Shown here piece after piece: positions 25,471-34,614 of a DNA stretch of 40,300 nt. Made by a program: the position numbers and the translations under genes. Source of the stretch: Deltaproteobacteria bacterium (lineage in GTDB: Bacteria > Desulfobacterota > JADFXK01); assembly GCA_015233295.1 (NCBI GenBank), contig JADFYC010000002.1, positions 1 to 40,300 of the forward strand, written 5' to 3'. How positions within the stretch are numbered: the stretch's first letter is position 1; each line of letters opens with the position of its first letter. The notes below the pieces were generated by a model. The model was not told where the DNA came from. It made no database searches and was given only the letters and a program-made list of their open reading frames with translations.

Positions 25471-27615
25471 TCAACGCAAAGGATTGCCCTGGGATAATAC
25501 TTCCAGAACTCGTGCGACTTCAATTTCTATTTTACCTAAGTATATATTGACTTTTTCCAGGTCGTCTTTTCTACCGAAGTCTTCCAATTGCCTGGCGCAA
25601 TCATTCAACGCCACGGCGCCAAGAGTAGCCGCCGAACCTTTCAGAGAATGAGCTGTTTTAGTTAACGCATTGATGTCATTACTAATCGACGCATCATTAA
25701 GTGCGGTTATCTTTTTTGGCAAATCGTCTTTAAAAAGTTCAAGCAATTCATCAAGGAAGTCCTTCTTGCGGCCAAATTTATCAGCCAGCCAGACCAAATC
25801 AAATACCGGTAATTCTTTATCAGACAAGTCTGGATGCCGGGTGGTGATTACGGTTTTCATATCCTTGGGACTAGTCAAATGGGGGGCGACTTGTTTAATG
25901 ACATGGACTAGCTCTTCGACATCAATCGGCTTGGTAATATATCCGTTCATCCCGGCCGCGAGAAAGGTTTCCCGATCTCCCTTCATGGCGTGAGCAGTTT
26001 GAGCGATTATGGGAATCCGGGGGTCGAATTTGTCGCCAGTGGAGTTTCTAATTAAAACAGTAGTTTCAATCCCATCCATCTCCGGCATGGATATGTCCAT
26101 CAGAATCAGATGGAATCGCTCCTTTTCCAATTGCTCTAAGACCTCTCGACCATTTTTCGCCACCGAAACGCTATGCCCCAGGCTCTCTAAAAACTCAGTC
26201 GCGAAGGTTTGATTCAATTCATTATCTTCAGCCAATAGAATCTTTAGGGGTTTCAATTGAACCTGGGTTACTCCTTTAGCAGTGACGACCGGGTGGTCAT
26301 GGCCGGGCGAAGCCAGGTCGAATTCGGCGGTGAAATAGAAGGTCGACCCAACGCCGGCAGCGCTTTTGACCCAGATGGAGCCATTCATCATCTCGACCAG
26401 TCTCTTCGATATAGTCAGTCCCAACCCCGTGCCGCCGAATTTTCTCGTGGTTGACGAGTCGGCTTGAGTAAAAGAATCAAAAATTACTTTCTGCTTATCA
26501 TCAATAATTCCGATGCCCGTATCTTGCACCGAAAAGAGCAGACGAATGGGGTCGGCTTGTATCGTTGATGGATCCTTGTCCCACTGTTTTTCTAAAGTCA
26601 CCCGGATCTCTATCTCCCCGGCCTGAGTGAATTTTATGGCGTTCCCGACTAAATTTGTAATTATCTGCCCTAATCTATCCGGGTCGCCGTAAAGCCGGAC
26701 CGGTATGTCGGGGTTGATCTCTAAATACAAAGCCAGGCCCTTATCTTTGGCGGCGAGAGATAGGTTACTGATGATTTGATCTAATACTTCATTAAGGACA
26801 AAATTTGTCAAGGCCAGCTCAAATTTTCCGGCTTCGATTTTAGAAAAATCCAAGATGTCGTTAATTAAAGTTAATAGGGCATCAGATGCGTTCTTAACAG
26901 CCAATAATTGATTCTTCTGTTTGGCGGACAATTCACTGTTAATGGCTAAACGGGTCATGCCCATGATCACGTTTAAAGGCGTCCGAATTTCATGACTCAT
27001 ATTGGCGACGAATTCGGACTTGGCCTGGTTGGCTGCCTCGGCCTTTTCTTTGGCCCGGATAAGCTCTTGTTCCATCCTCTTCCGTTCGGTAATATCCGTT
27101 ACTGTTCCGACGAAACCAATGACGGTTCCATCAACTTTTCTTTCTGGAATAGCTCGGCCAAGGACCCAGCTTATTTCGCCGGTCCGTCTTTTAAAACGCC
27201 ATTCATCCTCATAATACGAATCAAAAGCAACTGAGTTTTGCCATCCGGTGAATATTCTAGAGGCGTCATCAGGGTGTAAAGACCTGGCCCAACCGGTTCC
27301 CTTGGCCTCTTCTATTGATAACCCAGTGATATCACTCCATCGATCAGAGACAAAGACATAAGTGCCCTGCGCGTCGGTCCGGAAAATCCCGACCGGCGCA
27401 ATTTTAGCGATATTCTTAAATAAAGCCTCGCTTTGTTTTAGAGCGTCTTCTGCCCGTTTTAGGTTGGATATATCCCGAGCCGCGGCAAAAACGCCCAATA
27501 CTTGACCCGTTTCCTCCCAGTAAACACTGGCGTTATAAAGAACATGAAATATCTGTCCCGACCGGTGCTGGATGGCTAGAGGGTAATCTGTGACCCGGCC
27601 TTGCGAAAATACCAT
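25471..27615 (-). CDS. C-terminal part of a frameshift-split giant hybrid histidine kinase: PAS remainder, PAS, HisKA, HATPase_c, REC, Hpt
   Basis: It begins mid-PAS (MVFSQGRVTDYPLAI...). The H-box is SHEIRTPLNVI. Other motifs are GGTGLGLTI, the REC motif LMDISMPEMDG and the Hpt motif HSLKGSAATLG. This reading frame is open upstream to 27717 and overlaps the end of the N-terminal part. Confidence 0.85.
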   Translation of the reverse strand: MVFSQGRVTDYPLAIQHRSGQIFHVLYNASVYWEETGQVLGVFAAARDISNLKRAEDALKQSEALFKNIAKIAPVGIFRTDAQGTYVFVSDRWSDITGLSIEEAKGTGWARSLHPDDASRIFTGWQNSVAFDSYYEDEWRFKRRTGEISWVLGRAIPERKVDGTVIGFVGTVTDITERKRMEQELIRAKEKAEAANQAKSEFVANMSHEIRTPLNVIMGMTRLAINSELSAKQKNQLLAVKNASDALLTLINDILDFSKIEAGKFELALTNFVLNEVLDQIISNLSLAAKDKGLALYLEINPDIPVRLYGDPDRLGQIITNLVGNAIKFTQAGEIEIRVTLEKQWDKDPSTIQADPIRLLFSVQDTGIGIIDDKQKVIFDSFTQADSSTTRKFGGTGLGLTISKRLVEMMNGSIWVKSAAGVGSTFYFTAEFDLASPGHDHPVVTAKGVTQVQLKPLKILLAEDNELNQTFATEFLESLGHSVSVAKNGREVLEQLEKERFHLILMDISMPEMDGIETTVLIRNSTGDKFDPRIPIIAQTAHAMKGDRETFLAAGMNGYITKPIDVEELVHVIKQVAPHLTSPKDMKTVITTRHPDLSDKELPVFDLVWLADKFGRKKDFLDELLELFKDDLPKKITALNDASISNDINALTKTAHSLKGSAATLGAVALNDCARQLEDFGRKDDLEKVNIYLGKIEIEVARVLEVLSQGNPLR

Positions 27616-30600
27616 CTTATAGCCGTCCTTAGCCTTATCCGGTTCGGTAAAATAGTCGGAAAAACACTGCCTATGAGATATTCTCTGGATACCCCCGTGA
27701 CCATTTCGGTGGCCCGATTAACATCGGTGATCTTACCCTCGGGGCTGATCGTGACCAGCGGATCAAGGCTGGCTTCAATCAGGCTACGGTTATAGGAGAA
27801 TGATTTTTTAACTTTTTCTTCAGCCAATTTGCGATCCGTAATATCGTGAAAAATTTCCAGCTTGGAGATGGCGCCATCTTCATTGAAAAACGGGGTATCG
27901 AATAACTCATAGATTCGTCCGGTCTTAGGCAACTGGAATTCCCATAAGACCGACTTGCCGGCAAAGACCTCGTCATTTTTGCACCACGGGCATGACAATG
28001 TTCGCTCGTATAAGTATTCATAGCACTTTCGTCCGTTAACCGGACCAAAATCCTTTTCAATGGAGGGGTTGATGTATTCGACCTGGTGTTGCTGGTTTAC
28101 GATGTAAATACCATTAGGCATGGAATCCAGGATACCGCGTAATCTATTACGTTCTACCTGGAGAGAAGCTTCCGCCTTTTTGCGGGCGGTAATATCAAGG
28201 TGAGTACCGGTAGCCCGAAAGGCTTCGCCGGCGGCATCGCGTTCCACAACTTTCCCCTTGCCCAAGACCCAGACCCAGTCACCTGATTTTGATTTTAGCC
28301 TGTGCTCAGCTTCATAAAAAGGTGTTCGGCCTGATTGATGTTCCTGCCACCTGGCCATCACCCGATCAATATCTTCAGGGTGTAATAGGTTGATCCAGCT
28401 ATTGAACTCCGGCTCAACTTCATCGAGTCCATATCCCAGCATAGCCGCCCAACGTTCATTAAATATACACCGGCCGGTCTGGATGTTCCAATCCCACAGG
28501 CCCAGGTCACCGCCTTGCAAGGCCAGTTCCAGCCGTTCTTCGTTTCTACGGATGACATTCTCGGCCAGCTTGCGGTCGGAAATATCGTATCCCAGTCCGA
28601 TCAACCCAACGATCGTGCCGGATTCATCTTTAACCGGAACTTTGCGTGTCGACACCACCAATCTCTTTTTCCCATCAATCATTTCCTCTTCAACTTCAAG
28701 ATCAGGTACCGCACCAGACAAGATGCGTTGATCGTCGGAATGATACTTCTCCGCCAGGTTTGGGGGAAAAAAATCATAGTCGGTTTTACCGGGGACGTCA
28801 TCAGGACTTATATTGACTGCGTCACAGAAGACCCGATTAGCCGTGATATAGGTGGATCGATGGTCTTTAAAAAAGGCAAAGCCGGGTAAACAATCCATGA
28901 GGATGTTGAACTCCCGGTATCGCCGGCGTTCCCACTCCTCGGCCTGCTTGCGAACCGTGATGTCTTCCGCTACGCCGGCTCGCCGGATTATTTGACCGGC
29001 CTGGTCTTTTATCGGGAAGGTTCTCGCCCGAATCCATCTGATCGTTCCATCGGGACGAACAATCCGATATTCTTCATCAAAAATTTCCTGTCTCAATATT
29101 TCTTCATGTCCCAGGTGGGCCGCGATTCTGGCTCTATCTTCATGATAAATAGCGTTGACGAATGATAAGGGATTTTCATATAAGCTTTGGCAGGACCGGC
29201 CCCAAATTCTTTCATAGGCGGGACTGATGTATAAGACTTCTCGAGTGGTTCTGAGCCAGAAGACTTCATCGGCGTTTTCAGCCAACTGCCTAAATTTCTC
29301 CTCACTCTGCTTCAACAGAGTTTCCGTTTGTTTTCGGCCGGTAATATCAGTGGCTATTCCGCAGACGGCGTAAGGTTTCCCCTCCGAGTTGAGCAAAGGG
29401 AACTTATTGGAAATGTATGCCCGGACCTGGCCGGCCGTGGGGATTATTTCTTCTAATTCCATATGAACATTGTTGCGGAGAACCAGTTGATCTTGTTGTC
29501 TAAGGGTTGCAGCCAACTCCGGCGGGAAAAGATCAAAATCAGTTTTGCCTTCTATATTTTTCTGGGGTATCTGAAAGATGTTCTCAAATTGGCGGTTGAC
29601 TAAAATATATCTCCCTTCTAAGTCTTTGATGAATATTACGTTAGGTGAATTGTCCAGCACGGCCCGCAGGAGTTGTTCTTTTTCCTGAAGGGCCACAGCC
29701 GCCTGTTTCTGATCGCTGATATCTCGGGCCACACCCACAAAACCGATGTACAGCCCTTGCTCGTCTTTTAGCAGAGTCGAGGTCATCCAGGTGGGAAAAA
29801 TTGTTCCATCCTTTTTGCGATGGCCCACTTCACATTGATGAAAATTGTTTTTCATGGCCTGATCGCCAAATGGAATAACATCGCGGCAGATTTGTTTCTC
29901 GGTATGGAACATAATTAAACTCTGTCCCAAACACTCTTCCTTGGAAAACTGGTGCATTTTAGCCCAGGCCGAATTGAGGTACAGGACTTGTCCTTCGGTG
30001 TCGACTACGACCAGGCCGTCTATGGCGCTTTCCACGGCATGTTCGAGCAGACGTAATGATTTCTCGGCCTGCTTTCGTTTGGTGATATCATCGACTACCC
30101 CAAAAGAGCCGACGAAAAAGCCCAGGTCGTCATAAAGGGTCGAAGCTGAAATACGAGTATAAATTACCTGGCCATCTCTTCTAATCAATTCCACTTCATA
30201 CTGTTCGCCGATGCCCTGTTTCCGGCGCTCCAGTCGTTCTTTTAAAAAGTCATGATATTTTTCCGGGACATAGGATAATAACGGTTTCCCCTTGAGATCA
30301 TCAACGGGATAGTCCAGGATTTCAGCCATCCTGGGATTTGTAAAAGTGATTAACCCCTTATCGTCGATGGCAATAATCCCTTCCCAGGCTTGTTCGACTA
30401 AGCGGCGATACCTCTCTTCACTCCGGCGCAGCAAATCCTCCGCCTGTCGGCGATCCGTGATATTGATCCCTAAATTCATGATCATCGGGGCGCCGTCAGT
30501 GTCCATAAAAGGATATTCATGAACCTGATAAATCTGATTATCCGGACCGGCATATTCCCATGCCACCGATTCATGGGTTTCAAATACACCAGACGTCGGG

Positions 30601-32255
30601 CAGTCTCGGCAGGTGGTGGAACTTTGCCTAAACACCTCATGACAAAGCTTATGTTCAGGATCGCCGAATGCTTCCTTAAAGTAATTATTGCTAAATTGAA
30701 TGGTGAAATCCGGCGCCACAAGACAGACATACCCTGGTAAGTTATTTAAAATTGAGGACAGCCTATTTCTTTCGACTTCCAGGGCGTATTCCAGCCTTTT
30801 TGCCTCCGAGATATCTTCAACTACGCCTATCGCGCCAGAAAAGTCGCCTTCAGACGATTGTAACCTCTTGTGCCGGGCCCTGATCATGATATCCTTACCA
30901 CCGCAAACAGTGTGGTAGCCCCCTTCAAAAAAACCTGAACCAGTTATCAAGGCGTCTTCGATGGCCCCGCGGGCCGGACCTCCGGGCATGGATTTGATCA
31001 TATTAAAACCGATCAATTTATCTTTCGGCGCCCCGGTAATATGGCAGAACTGTTCATTACATTCGGTTATGACGCTGTCTTGATCAAAATGGATTATGCC
31101 TAAAGGGGATTGCTCGAAAATCATCTTGTATATTTGTTCCCTCTCATGGAGTTTATCGTCCGCCTGCCGCCGGGCAGCTTCCTTTTCAGCCAGGGATATG
31201 ACCATTTCGTGAAATAGGCGGATAAGATGCCCCAGTTCATCACCTGACGAAGGTAACTCCACCCGAACGTTTTGATCACCTTGTTTTATCCGTTCCATGG
31301 CGCCGCCGAGCGTCTTGATTCGATTAATGATCCCATACTTCCCTAGAAACCAGGCAATCACCACGGCCAACAATAAAGACAGCGCCAAAAGAATAACGTT
31401 CAGGATAAGTGTCGATCTCCCCCCGGCTAATACTTGAGCCTTGGGGTAACCAACTCGCAGATAGAGATATGGTGAGGCCTTCTCGGTTAAGCGCAATTGT
31501 TTGAAGGCATGGATGCGCACAATGTTATCCCATCCGGGTTCGGTAAATGTTCCTTCGGGCTGAGAGCCGGACATCCACCTGAACACGCGCGGCAAAACCG
31601 GCCCACCGACCTTTTTTTCCGGATCAGGTTTCCGATATAAAATTATACCGTTATGGTCAGCCAGGGTGATACTGGAGCCTTCCGGCAGCCTCAACATACT
31701 AAAGAAACGATCAAAATTACTTAAATCCAGCGACGCGACGACCACGCCCAGTAATTGTTTTCTTTCATCAAAAATTGGGTAGGAAAAATCCAGCGTTGGA
31801 GAGTTTGCCGTGGTCTTAATGTCGTATTCTCCCACTGAGAAATTCCGGCTGGTTACGGTATCTTTAAAATACTTTTGATCGGCCACCGAAGCCGGGGGAT
31901 GGGGGATGGCGGAGGCAAAAACCTGACCGTTTAGATCAACAGCAACAATATTTGCAAATAGGGTGTTTCGGGTGAGTAACTCGACGAATATTTTGTTGCA
32001 GGCGGCTCCGTTACGTTCCCGGACTGCCGGTAACTCGGCTAACGCACTAAGGAACTGTCGAGAACCGGCCTCGAACGTTTCTTGATAGGCCACCATTGTC
32101 TGCGCCATCCTGAGGACATTGAGCGCGCCTCTGGCCACCGCCTCATCTAAATTCCTCAAGCCACTGTAGACCATAATCCCCAGGGCGGGAACCACACATA
32201 GGAAGGCCAGTATGATCAAGCTAGTGCGAATCGACCAGGACCAAAGAATTTTCAT
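27576..32255 (-). CDS. N-terminal part of the same kinase: TM, dCache-like periplasmic domain, TM, HAMP and about nine PAS domains, with no kinase core
   Basis: The N-terminal TM is followed by a periplasmic domain of about 260 aa, a second TM (LILNVILLALSLLLAVVIAWFL) and a HAMP domain. Repeated PAS S-box modules follow, each ending D[IV][ST].RK.AE. It terminates with about 25 out-of-frame residues after ...REYLIGSVF. Confidence 0.85.
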   Translation of the reverse strand: MKILWSWSIRTSLIILAFLCVVPALGIMVYSGLRNLDEAVARGALNVLRMAQTMVAYQETFEAGSRQFLSALAELPAVRERNGAACNKIFVELLTRNTLFANIVAVDLNGQVFASAIPHPPASVADQKYFKDTVTSRNFSVGEYDIKTTANSPTLDFSYPIFDERKQLLGVVVASLDLSNFDRFFSMLRLPEGSSITLADHNGIILYRKPDPEKKVGGPVLPRVFRWMSGSQPEGTFTEPGWDNIVRIHAFKQLRLTEKASPYLYLRVGYPKAQVLAGGRSTLILNVILLALSLLLAVVIAWFLGKYGIINRIKTLGGAMERIKQGDQNVRVELPSSGDELGHLIRLFHEMVISLAEKEAARRQADDKLHEREQIYKMIFEQSPLGIIHFDQDSVITECNEQFCHITGAPKDKLIGFNMIKSMPGGPARGAIEDALITGSGFFEGGYHTVCGGKDIMIRARHKRLQSSEGDFSGAIGVVEDISEAKRLEYALEVERNRLSSILNNLPGYVCLVAPDFTIQFSNNYFKEAFGDPEHKLCHEVFRQSSTTCRDCPTSGVFETHESVAWEYAGPDNQIYQVHEYPFMDTDGAPMIMNLGINITDRRQAEDLLRRSEERYRRLVEQAWEGIIAIDDKGLITFTNPRMAEILDYPVDDLKGKPLLSYVPEKYHDFLKERLERRKQGIGEQYEVELIRRDGQVIYTRISASTLYDDLGFFVGSFGVVDDITKRKQAEKSLRLLEHAVESAIDGLVVVDTEGQVLYLNSAWAKMHQFSKEECLGQSLIMFHTEKQICRDVIPFGDQAMKNNFHQCEVGHRKKDGTIFPTWMTSTLLKDEQGLYIGFVGVARDISDQKQAAVALQEKEQLLRAVLDNSPNVIFIKDLEGRYILVNRQFENIFQIPQKNIEGKTDFDLFPPELAATLRQQDQLVLRNNVHMELEEIIPTAGQVRAYISNKFPLLNSEGKPYAVCGIATDITGRKQTETLLKQSEEKFRQLAENADEVFWLRTTREVLYISPAYERIWGRSCQSLYENPLSFVNAIYHEDRARIAAHLGHEEILRQEIFDEEYRIVRPDGTIRWIRARTFPIKDQAGQIIRRAGVAEDITVRKQAEEWERRRYREFNILMDCLPGFAFFKDHRSTYITANRVFCDAVNISPDDVPGKTDYDFFPPNLAEKYHSDDQRILSGAVPDLEVEEEMIDGKKRLVVSTRKVPVKDESGTIVGLIGLGYDISDRKLAENVIRRNEERLELALQGGDLGLWDWNIQTGRCIFNERWAAMLGYGLDEVEPEFNSWINLLHPEDIDRVMARWQEHQSGRTPFYEAEHRLKSKSGDWVWVLGKGKVVERDAAGEAFRATGTHLDITARKKAEASLQVERNRLRGILDSMPNGIYIVNQQHQVEYINPSIEKDFGPVNGRKCYEYLYERTLSCPWCKNDEVFAGKSVLWEFQLPKTGRIYELFDTPFFNEDGAISKLEIFHDITDRKLAEEKVKKSFSYNRSLIEASLDPLVTISPEGKITDVNRATEMVTGVSREYLIGSVFPTILPNRIRLRTAIRWYFRKAGSQITL

Positions 32256-32466
32256 TTTTCATACCACTCGGTTGTTTTCAATGGTTAATTACGGCCGGTT
32301 GAAGCTTCATTCACATAAGCTAGACGATTGTACCTTATATCACATGATGCCGGAGCCAAACAATAGATTTTGACTCGCCTCCCCCGGCAAACGCATAAAA
32401 TAATTTACAGCTACTAAACTCATCGTCTTACAAGAATGGTTAAATGGTATTTAAGGAGGAAAAATA

Positions 32467-32508
32467 ATGAAAAAAATGAGTCGTCAAAGGATTTCGTGGG
32501 CCGGGTGA
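32467..32508 (+). CDS. Possible 13-codon micro-ORF (MKKMSRQRISWAG) with a canonical Shine-Dalgarno sequence
   Basis: AAGGAGG is at 32453-32459, 7 nt before ATG 32467, and TGA is at 32506-32508. It lies in an intergenic region between two minus-strand genes. There is no other support. Confidence 0.2.
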   Translation: MKKMSRQRISWAG

Positions 32509-32615
32509 TGCAGCACATAGCGGGAGATGTGGTGGAATGATTAAGACATCAGTGTTTCGGAGAAGTGATCGCACGAGACGGGGGAGCCTAAAAAAGGGGT
32601 TGGGGAAGTAACTAA

Positions 32616-32957
32616 TTATACGCCGGGGAAAGGGTGGTCGCCGAAGATTTCTTGATAAACAGCATCGTCTGCAGCCTGGCAGCGGTCTCTCAGGTCACTA
32701 TATTTCTTGAGCAGTTCCTCACCTTCCGGGGTCAGTTGACTACCGCGGCCGGATTCAGTCATGACCAATGAGAAACCCAAACGCTCCTCAGTCAGCTTGA
32801 TCCGACTCCACAAGCCCCGGTAAGACATACCCAACTGCTGGGCCGCCTTATTCATTGAGCCCAGCTCCCGAATGAGTTCCAGGATCCGGAAACGGCCGGG
32901 GCCAAAAACATGCTCGTTCTCGTCATTTTCCAGGCGGTAGGTGGATCTGAGGTGCAT
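32616..32957 (-). CDS. ModE N-terminal-like winged helix-turn-helix protein (short LysR/ModE-type DNA-binding domain only)
   Basis: RILELIRELGSMNKAAQQLGMSYRGLWSRIKLTEERLGFSLV....GRGSQLTPEGEELL matches the ModE/LysR HTH_1 pattern (S...AA..LGMSYR.AW). There is no Mop/TOBE domain. Confidence 0.7.
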   Translation of the reverse strand: MHLRSTYRLENDENEHVFGPGRFRILELIRELGSMNKAAQQLGMSYRGLWSRIKLTEERLGFSLVMTESGRGSQLTPEGEELLKKYSDLRDRCQAADDAVYQEIFGDHPFPGV

Positions 32958-32971
32958 GGTCTCGCCAGAGT

Positions 32972-32999
32972 GTTACGGGTTTCGTGTTGCGGGTCAATG
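32972..32999 (+). repeat. Heptamer array (gttacgg gtttcgt gttgcgg gtcaatg) with a further gttgcgt at 33015
   Basis: It starts 15 nt upstream of the ModE-like start on the opposite strand. Confidence 0.7.
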
Positions 33000-33515
33000 T
33001 CGTTGATCTAAGGTGTTGCGTTCATTGTGGGTCACACCCTCAGCGAAGCACCACCCTGGATAAAATACATACCATACCTTGAGTCTTTAGTCAATCATTA
33101 GCGAAGGTGATTCGCCTCCGACTCAGAACCGGGATCCGATTAAGTTATACCGTCACCAAGTGCACTGCAGGGTATGGCCTGACGACTAAATCTCCTTCGA
33201 CTTTTACAAAGTTCTATTTTGCCATAAATTGCCCTTTTTTGTTGCGACCGTCGGGGTGGTCGTGTAGAAGAAGACTAGAATATGCCGACTCAGCGATGAT
33301 TAATAAGGAAAAGCCGGTCGGTTTTTGCGCTGGAGGAGACGGCAGCCCAACAGTCTAGGCACCGCGTGGTTTGAAAATCAAGAACAGGCTTTGCCAAGGA
33401 ATATCTGCTTGAATTTGTGTCGGGACGATTCCAACTCGAAACACATAGCCCTCAACCGGAACCTGATCCGACCTTAATGACTAGATCGGATATACGACCT
33501 TCCTGGAGTCCATTT

Positions 33516-34553
33516 ATGACCAAGAAGAAGAAAAAGTCCGCCGGCAAGAAAAAGAAATCGGCCAAGACCCGGACCTCGAACGCACAGGGACGAACCTGGG
33601 CCGCTTCCGGGTCAGAATTCGATTCCCTCATGGAATTGGTAGGCCGGCCGATGATGGACCATCCCGACCTACCCGAAGGTTTCCAGGAGGTGGGTCTGAT
33701 GGAGGCCATGACGGAGTTCGGTAAGCCGATCATGGACCTGATTGACCCCAACGACCGGAAGGGGATGAAGAAACTTTTTGAGGTTGCTACGGCCATCTGG
33801 ACGTATACTATTCTAATCGAAGACCCAGATGAAGATGAGGATGAGTTGGACGCTGGTGTGCTGGATCCCGAGCCGGTCATCAAGATTATCAAGAAACAAT
33901 TGAAGCTTGACCAAAACCAGGCAACTGAATTGTTCTACATGATGCTCGAGCGCAAGGAATACCTTTTCCCCTCAGATATCCAACCCGAGTCTGGGTTGGC
34001 CTTGTTTCTCAGAAATGAAGGCCCAAGTGCTATAACGGAGTTTGACTATTCCAGAATAGAAATACTGGACATCCCGGCCGCGCCGCCGGTTCCAGATGCC
34101 AATCTGGCGTCGATGATGAATCAGATGGACCAGTACATTTACGACCAGGCCGAGTATGATGACTGGGAGTCTGACTTCTTCTACATGGAAAAGGAATGTA
34201 CCGGCATCTTTTCCAGTTGGATTGAAGAAATCGGCCTTCCCGAATTCTATGAAGAATTTGCTTTTTACGCGCAGATGTTCATAGAATTTGTATACCAACA
34301 CGAACATCCTGAGGTGGTTGTTTTGAAATCCGTTTCTCCGGTCAATCTGGAGGAATTCTTGTTTAATTATGTGTTGCGGAAGGTCATGATCGAACCCGAT
34401 GAATATGTCAACATCCCGCCGGCCCTGAAGCTGTTCTACCGCTTCTTATACGAGAAAGGTTACCTGGATGAGAACCAATCCAATTCCATAATCAAGCACA
34501 TAGGCGATTTGGAACCTGGGTTCATTGACGCCCTGAGAAAAAAATTCGGTTGA
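33516..34553 (+). CDS. Hypothetical protein with a Lys-rich N-terminus (MTKKKKKSAGKKKKSAKTRT) and an acidic body
   Basis: ATG 33516 is preceded by TGGAG 7 nt upstream, so I prefer it to the track GTG at 33417. I recognise no motif. Confidence 0.6.
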   Translation: MTKKKKKSAGKKKKSAKTRTSNAQGRTWAASGSEFDSLMELVGRPMMDHPDLPEGFQEVGLMEAMTEFGKPIMDLIDPNDRKGMKKLFEVATAIWTYTILIEDPDEDEDELDAGVLDPEPVIKIIKKQLKLDQNQATELFYMMLERKEYLFPSDIQPESGLALFLRNEGPSAITEFDYSRIEILDIPAAPPVPDANLASMMNQMDQYIYDQAEYDDWESDFFYMEKECTGIFSSWIEEIGLPEFYEEFAFYAQMFIEFVYQHEHPEVVVLKSVSPVNLEEFLFNYVLRKVMIEPDEYVNIPPALKLFYRFLYEKGYLDENQSNSIIKHIGDLEPGFIDALRKKFG

Positions 34554-34614
34554 GGCTTACCACACCTGGCTGTTATGCCTCGAAACTCTTGTCTCGGACC
34601 AGATCGGAGAGCAC

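Noticed and set aside
33107-33358. 83-aa plus-strand ORF in the long intergenic region
   Set aside because: It has a GTG start, no Shine-Dalgarno sequence, a Cys/Arg/Thr-rich translation and hairpin elements inside it. It is more likely non-coding.
33417-33515. The upstream GTG start for the Lys-rich hypothetical protein
   Set aside because: ATG 33516 has a TGGAG RBS at the correct spacing. The 33-codon extension has no support.
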